From Dehalococcoidia bacterium (GTDB lineage: Bacteria > Chloroflexota > Dehalococcoidia > Lucifugimonadales > UBA3495): 64,000 bases of DNA. The DNA is taken from assembly GCA_965207275.1 (NCBI GenBank), contig CBDBMH010000002.1, positions 985,101 through 1,049,100 of the forward strand. Direction: 5' to 3'. The translations under genes were made by a program, and so were the position numbers. Below the pieces are notes generated by a model, which had not been told where the DNA came from, searched no databases, and worked only from the letters and a program-made list of their open reading frames with translations. Position 1 is the stretch's first letter. The number at the start of each line of letters is the position of its first letter. Below, piece after piece: positions 55,580-64,000 of the stretch.

Positions 55580-58500
55580 CTAGGCGGTCAACTGCCGATA
55601 GAGCATGGGTAGCCGCTCCGGCAGCGCCCAGATATCTCCCAGCACCTCGTAGCCCATGTCCCCGCACATCTCCTGCAGGTAGTCGTGGCCAGCCTTGTCT
55701 ACCGTCAGACAGAAGGGGGTAATGTCCTTGCGCTTGGCCTCCAGCAGCGCCATGTGGGTGTCGTGGACCGCGTACTCCTTCTCCACACCTTCCCGGCTGT
55801 ATCCTCGGTCCTGGGGACGCCCGTCGCTGATCAGGAACATTATCTTGGTCGGCGAGTCCTGGTTTTCCAGCTTGGTTATGGCATGGCGGATGGCGCTGCC
55901 CATGCGGGTGGCGTGCAGTGGCGTAATTTTGTCTATGCGCCGCTTGATGCGCTCGCTGAAGTTCTCCTCAATGTCCTTGATCACGTAGAACTCCACGTTT
56001 TCGCGGCCATAGCCCGAGAACCCGTAAATACCGTAGTTGTCCCCGATGGATTCCAGGGCGTGGATCAGCAGCGCGGTACTTTCCTTCTCCAGGTCGATGA
56101 TGCGCTTGTAGTGACGGCGCACCAGTCCTTCCCGGCGGCGGCGCAGCCAGACCATGTATTCCACCGGGTCGTCCGGAGCATCCCGATCGTCCACCGTGTG
56201 GCGGCCTTCGTCGATGGCTTCAGCGGTGGAAGCGCTCATGTCCAGCAGGAATACCACCGACACGTCGCGCTCGATCTTGTTGCGACGCCAGTAGATCTTC
56301 TCGTCGGGCGGAACCTTCATTCGGATATCGGCGGCGGCCTCCAGGGCTGCGTTGAGGTCGATATCCTCACCGTCAATCATTCGGTAAATCTTTCGGAAGG
56401 TCTCGGGCATGATCAACTCGAACTGCCGCTTGATGTGGCTGAGCAGGGTCGAGTAGTTCTTCAAGGAGTCGTTATAGAAGTTGGAGTCTCCTTCGTCCAG
56501 GGACTTTTCCTTGACCACGCACCATCGGGGCTTATAATCGTTGGCCCGGAAGTCCCATTCATCGTAAACGTAGGTCCTGGGTTCGCGAGCCTCCAGCTCG
56601 CCTCCCTGGTCGTCGTCGTGCAGCAGGGGTCCGTAGCCCTGCCCCGGCTGGGAGTTGGGGGGCGGAACGCCGGCTTCCTTCATGATGTTCTGGGCGAAAG
56701 TACTGGTGCTGTTATTTATGTCGCCCTGTTCCGCATCCAGTTCCAATTCGGCGCTGTCCTGCAAAAGCTGTTCCAGCATTTCCTGGGACAAAGGTTCTCC
56801 CTCTCCCTGCTGGCTCTGTTCCATCTGCAGCTTGGTCAACAACTGGACCATCTCGGGCTTGAAGTCGCCCCGGTAGTCCACCGGTTCGGGGGAGTCGTAG
56901 GGGTCGCCTTCGCCGGCATCGCCGGAGGAGTCCTGGGAAGCCTGCAGCTTGTCCAGCAGGGACTGGAATTCCTCCTCAGAGAAGTCGCCGGGTTCTTCCA
57001 TGTCCTCCGGTTCCCACTGGTCTTCCGGCTGGGTCTCGTTCTGCAAGCGAGAAATAATCTCGTAAGCCCGCAGGGTCGCCTCCGCCGTGTCTTCCACGTT
57101 GGCGGCCACGTTCCGCAGCACGTAGAGAATTTGAGCCAGCATAGTGGCCTCTTCCTTGAAGTCCACAGGCACGGGAAGGTTGTTGAAATGATCCAGGCTC
57201 ATACGGATCAAGAGTTCGATCAAGGCCTCCTGAAGGGGCAAGTCTTCCACCTCAGGCCGGGAGGCCAGGGCTTCGGCCTGCACGTCAATGGCGGCCCTGC
57301 GAATGCCCGGGTACTCCGCCTTGATCCGGTAATCCAGGCGCACGTCTTCAAGGACGGTAAACAGGTCGAAGGCCAGGCGGCGGTCGTCGAAGAGGCTGAG
57401 GAAGCGGCCGATGTCGGTATACGCGCGCATCTGACCATCGGCTTCAAGATCGCCCACCAAAACGTCGTCGCTGATTTGGCTGGCGCCCCTTTCCCGCTCG
57501 AGGATGTAGCGGCGCTCGTCTTCAAAGAGAGGGGCCGGACGGCTGAAGTCGTAGTCAAAGCTGCCAAACTCCAGGTGTGCGACCTGGTGGGTAGCGACAA
57601 CTTTGAACCAGGAGAAGTTCTGTTCCTTGTTCTGGTAGTGGTCCACCACCGGCGGAAGAAAAACTTTGGTGCCATCGGTAGTAGCGGTATCCTGGTCTAC
57701 CCAGCCGATATTGCGGCGGACCAGTTCCTGTGTGCTCAACGCTTCAATTGGAGAGCCGGACAGGGCGCGGCAGTAGAGCCGCACCACGCCCTTTACACGA
57801 TCAAGTTCCAGGCTGGAGGAAAGGGTTTCCAGCAGGGACTCTGAGGTGTTGGACTCCACCTTGAAGAAGGCGATGCCACTTTCCGGGTTGTCCTTGAGGA
57901 GTTGCACCCCGTGGTGGAACCAGGTGTCCAACTGGTTCAGGGTTACCCGGTGCGTTACGCTGTCCAGGCTTTTGAGAAAGCAGGGTACAGCCTCAGGCGT
58001 TACGGCCAGCAGGCCCTCGCAAAGGTCCAGGATGTGGGCCTGGGACCCGGTGGGGATCTGGCTCAAGGCCTGGCTGCCATCGTTCAGGAAGCGGGAGGTA
58101 TCTCGAATGCCGACCTTGGTCAATCGCTCACCCAGTTTCAGGAAGCGGCTGGTCTGACCTTCGTCGACCTGCTGGAGGGCCTTTGGGGCCACCTCGAAGC
58201 AACTCTTGACCTCACGCCAGTTGCCGTCGGACAGGGCGCGGCACATGGCCAGGAAGGCCTCCCGCTCTCGGCCCATGGCCGGCAGGACGTCTTTCCCCAA
58301 TGTAAGGCACTCGACTGCGATGTCGTAGGACTTGTAGGACAGGGCCTCTACCAGCGACGCGAATACTTCCACGTCCCAAAAGGGCAGGCTGCGAATCAGG
58401 TCCGGACTGACCTCGAAGAACCGGCTGGAGAGAGTGCTGGATTTCCAGGTCCCCTTGTAGAGACTGCGGCCCAGCCCAGCCCAGCGAGGGATGTACTGGG

Positions 58501-58840
58501 GGCGCAGGTTAGAAACAATGGACGGGCTGGCCTTAAAGAAGGAAACGGCCAGGGCTGGGGAATCCTGGGACAGGTATGTGCCGCATCTGGCCCACTGCAT
58601 GAACGAAGGAAAAGCCAGAGAACGGGCTACCAAGGGGCAAACCCGGTAATATTCTACTGCCGATTCCCAGGATCGCACGGTCTGGCCGGCGATGGCGGAA
58701 CCCTCCTTGGCCCACAGGAGAAGTTCTTCGGAAGAAAAAGACGATTCCATTGCCTCGAGGGCTTCGCGGTAAGAATCCAGAACCGCGGGGGGGAATTTGG
58801 CCAGTTCAGTTTCCAGTTCATCAAAGGGAGCGTTGCTCAA
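55580..58840 (-). CDS. large VWA-domain protein (CbbO/NorD-like partner of the CbbQ-type ATPase)
   Basis: 1086-aa ORF whose TTG start overlaps the upstream stop (cTTGAgc). The C-terminal VWA has an intact MIDAS (VVFLLDMSAS...ATRMGSA...LISDGRP). The N-terminal half contains about 7 degenerate helical repeats with the motif (F/Y)F-x-x-SP. A central acidic low-complexity tract follows. Confidence 0.75.
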   Translation of the reverse strand: MSNAPFDELETELAKFPPAVLDSYREALEAMESSFSSEELLLWAKEGSAIAGQTVRSWESAVEYYRVCPLVARSLAFPSFMQWARCGTYLSQDSPALAVSFFKASPSIVSNLRPQYIPRWAGLGRSLYKGTWKSSTLSSRFFEVSPDLIRSLPFWDVEVFASLVEALSYKSYDIAVECLTLGKDVLPAMGREREAFLAMCRALSDGNWREVKSCFEVAPKALQQVDEGQTSRFLKLGERLTKVGIRDTSRFLNDGSQALSQIPTGSQAHILDLCEGLLAVTPEAVPCFLKSLDSVTHRVTLNQLDTWFHHGVQLLKDNPESGIAFFKVESNTSESLLETLSSSLELDRVKGVVRLYCRALSGSPIEALSTQELVRRNIGWVDQDTATTDGTKVFLPPVVDHYQNKEQNFSWFKVVATHQVAHLEFGSFDYDFSRPAPLFEDERRYILERERGASQISDDVLVGDLEADGQMRAYTDIGRFLSLFDDRRLAFDLFTVLEDVRLDYRIKAEYPGIRRAAIDVQAEALASRPEVEDLPLQEALIELLIRMSLDHFNNLPVPVDFKEEATMLAQILYVLRNVAANVEDTAEATLRAYEIISRLQNETQPEDQWEPEDMEEPGDFSEEEFQSLLDKLQASQDSSGDAGEGDPYDSPEPVDYRGDFKPEMVQLLTKLQMEQSQQGEGEPLSQEMLEQLLQDSAELELDAEQGDINNSTSTFAQNIMKEAGVPPPNSQPGQGYGPLLHDDDQGGELEAREPRTYVYDEWDFRANDYKPRWCVVKEKSLDEGDSNFYNDSLKNYSTLLSHIKRQFELIMPETFRKIYRMIDGEDIDLNAALEAAADIRMKVPPDEKIYWRRNKIERDVSVVFLLDMSASTAEAIDEGRHTVDDRDAPDDPVEYMVWLRRRREGLVRRHYKRIIDLEKESTALLIHALESIGDNYGIYGFSGYGRENVEFYVIKDIEENFSERIKRRIDKITPLHATRMGSAIRHAITKLENQDSPTKIMFLISDGRPQDRGYSREGVEKEYAVHDTHMALLEAKRKDITPFCLTVDKAGHDYLQEMCGDMGYEVLGDIWALPERLPMLYRQLTA

Positions 58841-59429
58841 GACGTCAGACCCTCCTTTTTCAAAGGCTCTTCCATAATGTCCAGAAACTGCTGCAAAATC
58901 TTGGCAGTAGCGCCAAAGACCACGTGCTCTTCGTGAACATAGGAATAGACCGTGGATAGTCCCTCACCGTTCCAACGGGTTTCCCAGCGGACATTTGCCG
59001 GATCGTAAAGGTTGCCGATGGGAACTTCCAGGACCTCCGCTATTTCCAAATCGCTGGGTTCAAAGGGATAAGAGGGAGGAATTTCTCCACAAACACCCTC
59101 ACCCCGAACCCGCTGCGGGTTACCGCATCGTCCAGTTCACCCAGGATGGTTACATGTGATGGGTCTATGCCCATCTCTTCGTGGGCTTCCCTCAGGGCAG
59201 TCGCCAGAAAGTCTTCATCTTCCGGGTCCCTGGCTCCCCCGGGGAAGGAAATCTCACCCTTATGGTACTCGACTAGCTCTGAGCGCTTGTTGAGCAAAAC
59301 ACAGTAGTCCCCGTCCTTGGGGTACAGGGTAATTAAAACGGCAGCAGGCATTAGGCTTTCGTCGATCAAACTCCACTTGGATCGCCGCGCCAATGCCTGC
59401 CTGACCAGGTCCGGGATGGATAAACCCAT
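58837..59429 (-). pseudogene. Nudix hydrolase, CoA pyrophosphatase type, interrupted by a 1-nt frameshift near 59087-59090
   Basis: ORFs 59040-59429 and 58837-59049 are two halves of one gene. The sequence contains LLNKRSELVEYHKGEISFPGG (NuCoA-like) and the Nudix box GGARDPEDEDFLATALREAHEEMGI. After ...GVRVFV, the -1 frame continues GEIPPSYPFEPSDLEIAEVLEVPIGNL, as expected for the family. Confidence 0.7.
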
Positions 59430-59437
59430 CTAAACCT

Positions 59438-60358
59438 CTATTCGAAGATGGAGGAAACTACCTCTTCGACGCTGCGTTGCAGTTCGGCTTCATCAGTCAG
59501 AGTCCAAACGATGGCCACCTGGCAGGCGCGACGCGCGGGAATGCCTTCCCGCATCAGGCGCCCGGCATAAATCAAAAGGCGGGTGCTGGCGCCTTCAGCG
59601 AGTCCGTGGTCCCGCAGATTTCGGACCTTCTCGCCCAGCTTGGCCAAGGCGTTGGCCTCGTCTTCGGTGCAGCCGCTTTCCTTCTGGACGATCTCCGCTT
59701 CAATCTCGGCGGGAGGGTAGTCAAACTCCACTGAGATGAAGCGCTGGCGCGTACTGTGCTTCAGATCCTTCAGGGCGCTCTGATAATGTGGGTTGTAAGA
59801 AATACAAAGCAGGAACCGATCGTCGGCTTCAATAATCTGCCCCGTCTTTTCCACGGGCAAAATCCGGCGGTGGTCCGTGAGGGGGTGAATCAGCACCGTG
59901 GTATCCTTGCGAGCTTCTACGACCTCGTCCAGGTATAGAATAGCGCCGGCCTTCACTGCCCGGGTCATCGGGCCATCAATCCAGCGGGTACCATCCGAGT
60001 CCAAAAGGTAGCGTCCCACCAGGTCGCTGGCGGTGAGGTCTTCGTGGCAGGCGATTGTGACCAGGGGCACGCGTACCTCACCTTCGCGCAGGTCCTGTGC
60101 AGGACGCCCGCTGTCCATGGGGCGAACGACCGTCATTGGTCGCCCGAGCTTCCAGGCCATGTATTCAACAAAGCGGGTCTTCCCGCAGCCGGTTGGCCCC
60201 TTTAGGAGCACCGGAATGTGCTGGTTGTAGGCAGCCGTAAAGAGTTCCAGTTCGTCGCCTACCGGGCGATAATAGGGTTCACTGCGAACCAGAAACTCTT
60301 CGATCGCATATTCCTTGAATTGGGGTTCATTCTGTTCGGACTCAACCGCTTCTACCAT
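59438..60358 (-). CDS. CbbQ/NirQ/NorQ/GvpN-family MoxR-type AAA+ ATPase
   Basis: 306-aa ORF with [11 protein letters not shown], Walker [26 protein letters not shown], Walker [25 protein letters not shown], and [21 protein letters not shown]. Confidence 0.85.
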   Translation of the reverse strand: MVEAVESEQNEPQFKEYAIEEFLVRSEPYYRPVGDELELFTAAYNQHIPVLLKGPTGCGKTRFVEYMAWKLGRPMTVVRPMDSGRPAQDLREGEVRVPLVTIACHEDLTASDLVGRYLLDSDGTRWIDGPMTRAVKAGAILYLDEVVEARKDTTVLIHPLTDHRRILPVEKTGQIIEADDRFLLCISYNPHYQSALKDLKHSTRQRFISVEFDYPPAEIEAEIVQKESGCTEDEANALAKLGEKVRNLRDHGLAEGASTRLLIYAGRLMREGIPARRACQVAIVWTLTDEAELQRSVEEVVSSIFE

Positions 60359-60969
60359 TATGTTCGTTCAATCCTTCCTTCGACTCTACGTTTCCAAATT
60401 TCCCGGACCTTTGTTTCCAGTTCTTCCAGCCCGCCGTCGTTATCGATTACCTCCGAGGCCCGCCGGGCCCTCTCCTCCGACGGCATCTGGGCGGCTATTC
60501 TCCTGCGAATCTCCTCGGGGGCGAATCCGTTCCGCCTTTGCAGCCTTTCTACTACCTTTTCTGCCGGGGACTCGGTGGTCCAGACTTCACCGACAAGGTC
60601 GTCCCAACCGGCTTCGAATAATACAGCCGCTTCCACGACAGTTACCTGTGTTCCCTGGTTCTCAAGGACACCCAGCTTATCCCTCACGATGGAAGCCATC
60701 CGGGGGTGCATTATGCCGTTCAGAGTTGCCAGCCGGTCGGGGTCGGCAAAGACGATGCCACCCAGTTTTCTCCGGTCTATTTCGCCTTGTTCCTGAAGAA
60801 TGTCCTCTCCGAACTCCTTGACCACTTCCTGCCAGGCTTCGGAATGGGGAGTATAGGCCTCGTGCCCCACCTGGTCCGCGTTAATGATGGTGGCGCCGAG
60901 CTGCTCCAACAATCTGGAGACTTCGGTCTTGCCCGTGCCAATGCCGCCGGTCAGGCCAATGACTAACAT
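60358..60969 (-). CDS. coaE: dephospho-CoA kinase
   Basis: 203-aa ORF beginning [15 protein letters not shown]. Its TAA stop shares 1 nt with the ATG of the next gene (TAATG). Confidence 0.9.
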   Translation of the reverse strand: MLVIGLTGGIGTGKTEVSRLLEQLGATIINADQVGHEAYTPHSEAWQEVVKEFGEDILQEQGEIDRRKLGGIVFADPDRLATLNGIMHPRMASIVRDKLGVLENQGTQVTVVEAAVLFEAGWDDLVGEVWTTESPAEKVVERLQRRNGFAPEEIRRRIAAQMPSEERARRASEVIDNDGGLEELETKVREIWKRRVEGRIERT

Positions 60970-61219
60970 TCAGGCCCCATTCTTGAAAACACTCCGGCAA
61001 TTCTAACAAGGGGGTAACTATGGGTCAACCTTGCGCCGAGTTCCATGTCGACAGCCTTGTAGAGTGCGTTGCCGCTTTCCCGATGGAACGATGGCGCTAT
61101 GCGGAATGGTCAGAGGAGAAGAAATTCCCGTCTTGGCCAGGACTACTGCCGTAACGTGGGCGGTGGTAAGGCCGCTGGCCCAACGGTCGGGGCATTTTAC
61201 TTAGGCCGTGGTAAGAGTG

Positions 61220-61888
61220 TCATAGTTCGATTTTCATTTCGCCCCAGCGACCGAGGTACGTCTCCTGCAACCGGCGGAACTTTTCCTGGTAGTCCGCAGT
61301 GTGAATGGGGCTGGTGGTCATTATTACGGCGTCTTCGCGATTATCGGAGTAGTAGTTCTTCCTGATACCCACTTCTTTGAAGCCGTACTTCTCGTACAAC
61401 CTCTGGGCGATGAAGTTGGACACCCGGGCTTCCAGGGTCAGTACCGTTGATCCATGTTCCATGGCGACTCTGACAGACCCGATGAGAAGCAGCTCGCCGA
61501 TACCCTTACCGCGAAACTCCTCCCTGACCGCGATCTCGGTGATATGGGTCTCATTGCCCTGGAACCAGAGGCCCACATACCCCGCAATATCGTGGAACTG
61601 AGACTCGGAGGCATGTTGCCGGCCAACCATATCCCTTACGCCTTTGACCATGCGGCCCCAAAGGGACGCGTCACCGGGTTCGTCGTCGGTAAGGGGCAGG
61701 TCGGGGAGATCCGGCCCCGGCTCGGAGTCGGTGGTTTCCGGCCAGTGAGCCACCAGGTACCTGGCATACTTGTTGTTAAGATCGCGTTTAAGCGAAGCTC
61801 CCATAAACAGGGGAGCGAAAGCTTCTCTCTCGATCTCCAATACCTGCTCGATGTCTGAGGCCGCCATCCTGCGGAGTTCTACGTCCAT
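61220..61888 (-). CDS. rimI: GNAT N-acetyltransferase, RimI-like, with about 50-aa insertion
   Basis: 222-aa ORF with acetyl-CoA site REEFRGKGIGELLL and YEKYGF. An acidic/Pro-rich insertion occupies aa 49-98. Confidence 0.65.
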   Translation of the reverse strand: MDVELRRMAASDIEQVLEIEREAFAPLFMGASLKRDLNNKYARYLVAHWPETTDSEPGPDLPDLPLTDDEPGDASLWGRMVKGVRDMVGRQHASESQFHDIAGYVGLWFQGNETHITEIAVREEFRGKGIGELLLIGSVRVAMEHGSTVLTLEARVSNFIAQRLYEKYGFKEVGIRKNYYSDNREDAVIMTTSPIHTADYQEKFRRLQETYLGRWGEMKIEL

Positions 61889-62052
61889 CGCTCTAACCGA
61901 CCCGACCTTTCAAGAGGCGCGTTAATCCAATTCCAAGGCTGGCCGAATTTTAGCATAGCGACCTGCGATTGCAATTGGCGAGGCGGGTCCGGACCGGTCG
62001 ATGGGCAGGGTTACGTCCACCCCTGAATCCGGTGTGGGTGACTCAGGTTCCA

Positions 62053-63348
62053 TCAATTATGGTCGCCCGGCCTTTCGGTTGGACCCCTGGTTGATGCGGG
62101 AGTAGAGATGGCAACCTTTCCATACACGCCGTCGTAGCCTGGTTCGACGTAGATGTCGCCGGTTCTCACCCTGGTAATGGCTGAGGCCAAGGCTTCGTCG
62201 CCGGTGGCAGCCAGTTCCGCTTCGGTCGCCCAGAGGAGGGCGCGAAGTTCGGAGCCTGCGGCGGCGACGATGTCGATATATTTGCGATGTACGCCCTTGG
62301 TGGTGGGTCCGCGCCCGGTAACGGCGGAGATTATATCTATAAGGGGGACCATGCGAACAAAGGGAGGACGGCCATTGTCAGAGAGAACCGCGTTAGGGGG
62401 AAGGGTCCCGGAGTGATCAAAGCCTTGGGCGGGCGCCCTGTGGGCAGTGCTCGTACCCCCATTTGCCCTCAGGTTCAGGGAGCGGTGGAGGACACCGAGC
62501 GTTAGCGGCCGTCCGCATTGGGGGCAGGCGTCACCCTCCTGAAGGGTGCGGTCAGGGTGCCAGCTTACGGCGCACTTGCGGTGGCCGTCAAAGTGGTACT
62601 TACCCTCTTCCGGGTACATCTCTACCGTAAGCTCTACTTGATTGTATTCAAGGCCCCGTTGCAGTCCCACGAAGGTGGGATCGTTCTGGAAGACGGTTAG
62701 CTCACGGCCCAGACGGGGCAGGGAATGGGCGTCGGAGAAAGACACGATAGCCTTGTCCGCCAGGTCAGGCACCTGCCAGTTCATCTGCGGGTCGCTGGAC
62801 AGGCCGGTCTCAATGGCGGGGACGTGGTCAACCATATCGCCGAAGGCTTGGGAAAGGCTGTCGAAACCGGACTTGGAGCCGAAGATGCCGTACCAGGGTG
62901 TCCAGGCATGGGCGGGAACAACCAGGCAGTCCGGGTTGGTGTCCAGAGTAAGGTAGACAGCATCCCGGGCGGACAGAGCAAGGGTTGGCCTGCCGTCGGA
63001 GTTGAGGTTGCCAAACTTGCCGTACTCCCGGGTCAGAGCTGCCGCCGCGGCCATGTCCGGAGCAAAGACGAGGAGGTGGACCCTTCGACCCCGGCCATCC
63101 TGCCTGAAGACGCAGCTTACCTCGGTCCCCATGACGAAGTTCACGCCGCCGTAGTGGTATGCTCCGTCGGGGCCTTCCTTGAGGGCAGTCTTCAGCTCCT
63201 GGAACCAGACCGGATGGGTAAAGTCGGCAGTGGCGAGGAGGTCAATTCCCTTGAGGCGGGCCCACCTGGCCAGGTTGTCCAGGGTGAGGGCCGAACTGGT
63301 GGCGTAGGCGTAGGAAGAGTGAAGATGGAGGTCGGCGACAAAGGACAT
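62053..63348 (-). CDS. PHP-domain protein resembling endonuclease Q (TIGR00375-like)
   Basis: ORF 62053-63363 with ADLHLHSSY, PAHAWTPW, FSDAHS, GKYHFDGHRKC and the zinc knuckle CPQCGRP, ending PGYDGVYGKV. ATG at 63348 or GTG at 63363. Confidence 0.6.
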   Translation of the reverse strand: MSFVADLHLHSSYAYATSSALTLDNLARWARLKGIDLLATADFTHPVWFQELKTALKEGPDGAYHYGGVNFVMGTEVSCVFRQDGRGRRVHLLVFAPDMAAAAALTREYGKFGNLNSDGRPTLALSARDAVYLTLDTNPDCLVVPAHAWTPWYGIFGSKSGFDSLSQAFGDMVDHVPAIETGLSSDPQMNWQVPDLADKAIVSFSDAHSLPRLGRELTVFQNDPTFVGLQRGLEYNQVELTVEMYPEEGKYHFDGHRKCAVSWHPDRTLQEGDACPQCGRPLTLGVLHRSLNLRANGGTSTAHRAPAQGFDHSGTLPPNAVLSDNGRPPFVRMVPLIDIISAVTGRGPTTKGVHRKYIDIVAAAGSELRALLWATEAELAATGDEALASAITRVRTGDIYVEPGYDGVYGKVAISTPASTRGPTERPGDHN

Positions 63349-63408
63349 GCTCAAGTCTAGCACAGCCGGTGCGGGGCAGGAACAGGGAAGCGAGACGCGG
63401 GCAGTTCC

Positions 63409-64000
63409 CTATTCGGAGAGGGCCAAGAGAAGTTCCCCTGTTTCGGACGGAATGTGAAGCGGGGCCTGGTGGCAGGAATCCAGGTGCTGGATTTCCACGT
63501 TGGGGACCAGCCGGGCCATGGCAATCTGGAGGCTGGGCGAAAGCAAGCGGTTCCGGTCCAGTACCACGTAGGTGACCGGACAGGGGAGGTCGGAAAGGGC
63601 CAGGTCGACTTCCGTCTTCATCAGCCTGGTGGGCAGGGGGCCAAAGTAACCAAGGGCGCGGTTGATTTCCCGAGGCTCCATGCCATTGCACAGGTACCTG
63701 GTGATTACCGAAGGAGTGAGCCTGACGTCTCCGCCCAATATGTTATTCAGGCTTAAGGGCGGGGAGAAGCGCTTACGAACGGCACCGGGCAGACGGGAGA
63801 GCGGGGTCTTGCCCTTCTCCGGTACCACGCCGGCGATCATGGCCAGTCTCTTGGGAGGATCGGGCAAAAGGGTGGCGGCCTGCGCCGCGATCATAGCGCC
63901 GACGCCGTGGCCGACCAGGACCAGGTCCCTCATTGCCCGGCGTTCCACGGCCCGGGCGATGGCCTGGACACATTCGTCCAGGCGGACATCGGCGGTGTCG
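63409..64000 (-). CDS. alpha/beta-hydrolase-fold protein, 5' end beyond window; nucleophile position is Gly
   Basis: The frame stays open upstream of the track's Met (DTADVRLDECVQAIARAVERRAMRDLVLVGHGVGAMIA). GHGVG replaces the usual GHSxG. Asp and His candidates are present downstream. Confidence 0.6.
   Translation of the reverse strand, partial: DTADVRLDECVQAIARAVERRAMRDLVLVGHGVGAMIAAQAATLLPDPPKRLAMIAGVVPEKGKTPLSRLPGAVRKRFSPPLSLNNILGGDVRLTPSVITRYLCNGMEPREINRALGYFGPLPTRLMKTEVDLALSDLPCPVTYVVLDRNRLLSPSLQIAMARLVPNVEIQHLDSCHQAPLHIPSETGELLLALSE

Noticed and set aside
55685-58936. Very long antisense ORFs (719 aa at 55685-57844 and 344 aa at 57902-58936) opposite the VWA gene. Similar 240-390-aa antisense ORFs lie opposite many other genes (e.g. 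13753-14739, 21382-22551, 41592-42695, 49302-50252, 50221-51306).
   Set aside because: They share exact codon boundaries with the sense gene. In that register, antisense stops arise only from sense TTA, CTA or TCA codons. A GC-rich codon bias avoids those codons. Their translations are low-complexity (G/A/V/L/R-rich) with no motifs, while the sense frames carry clear family signatures.
1-64000. Search by eye for CRISPR arrays, rRNA, transposases/integrases, reverse transcriptases, and known defence-system signatures (TIR, SIR2, cyclase/CBASS, restriction-modification).
   Set aside because: None was found. The only repeats are intragenic domain duplications (TPR, PSBD, tandem ThyX, M20 paralogs) and the short REP-like hairpins already reported.

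Overview
About 60% GC bacterial chromosomal window, densely coding, with roughly 60 genes. I cannot assign a taxon without a database search. Most of it is housekeeping. This includes dapF (partial), a miaA-tpiA-apgM-pgk glycolytic block, tsaC, a formamidase / TPP-enzyme / ADP-forming acyl-CoA synthetase cluster, and PrpD. It also includes an ECF sigma/anti-sigma pair, ThyX, an lpdA-E2 pair, tatA/tatB/tatC, trxA, lutABC and glxK. The rest is two tandem M20 amidohydrolases, a NifS-like desulfurase, an M50 protease, speB plus an AdoMetDC-fold enzyme, an ABC-2/GldG/DUF4340 module, cinA, coaE, rimI and an EndoQ-like PHP nuclease. One RNA gene is present, a tRNA-Sec (anticodon UCA) at 35727-35823. 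No CRISPR array, rRNA, transposase or integrase was seen. Candidates worth a second look, best first: (1) A translationally coupled minus-strand operon of coaE, a CbbQ/NorQ-type AAA+, a frameshifted CoA-pyrophosphatase-type Nudix, and a 1086-aa VWA/MIDAS protein (CbbO/NorD-like). No Rubisco or NO-reductase client gene is nearby. (2) A 1224-aa STAND NTPase whose N-terminal CHAT (caspase-like) domain has lost both catalytic residues, followed by a P-loop module and about 7 TPR repeats. (3) An in-frame fusion of an m5U RNA methyltransferase (RumA/RlmD type) to a Maf nucleotide pyrophosphatase. (4) The selC gene with no visible selenoprotein or sel gene in the window. (5) Several enzymes with degenerate or duplicated motifs: polyprenyl synthase, tandem ThyX, E2 with two E3-binding domains, MNT antitoxin, and an alpha/beta hydrolase. 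All family calls come from motif recognition by eye; no searches were run.
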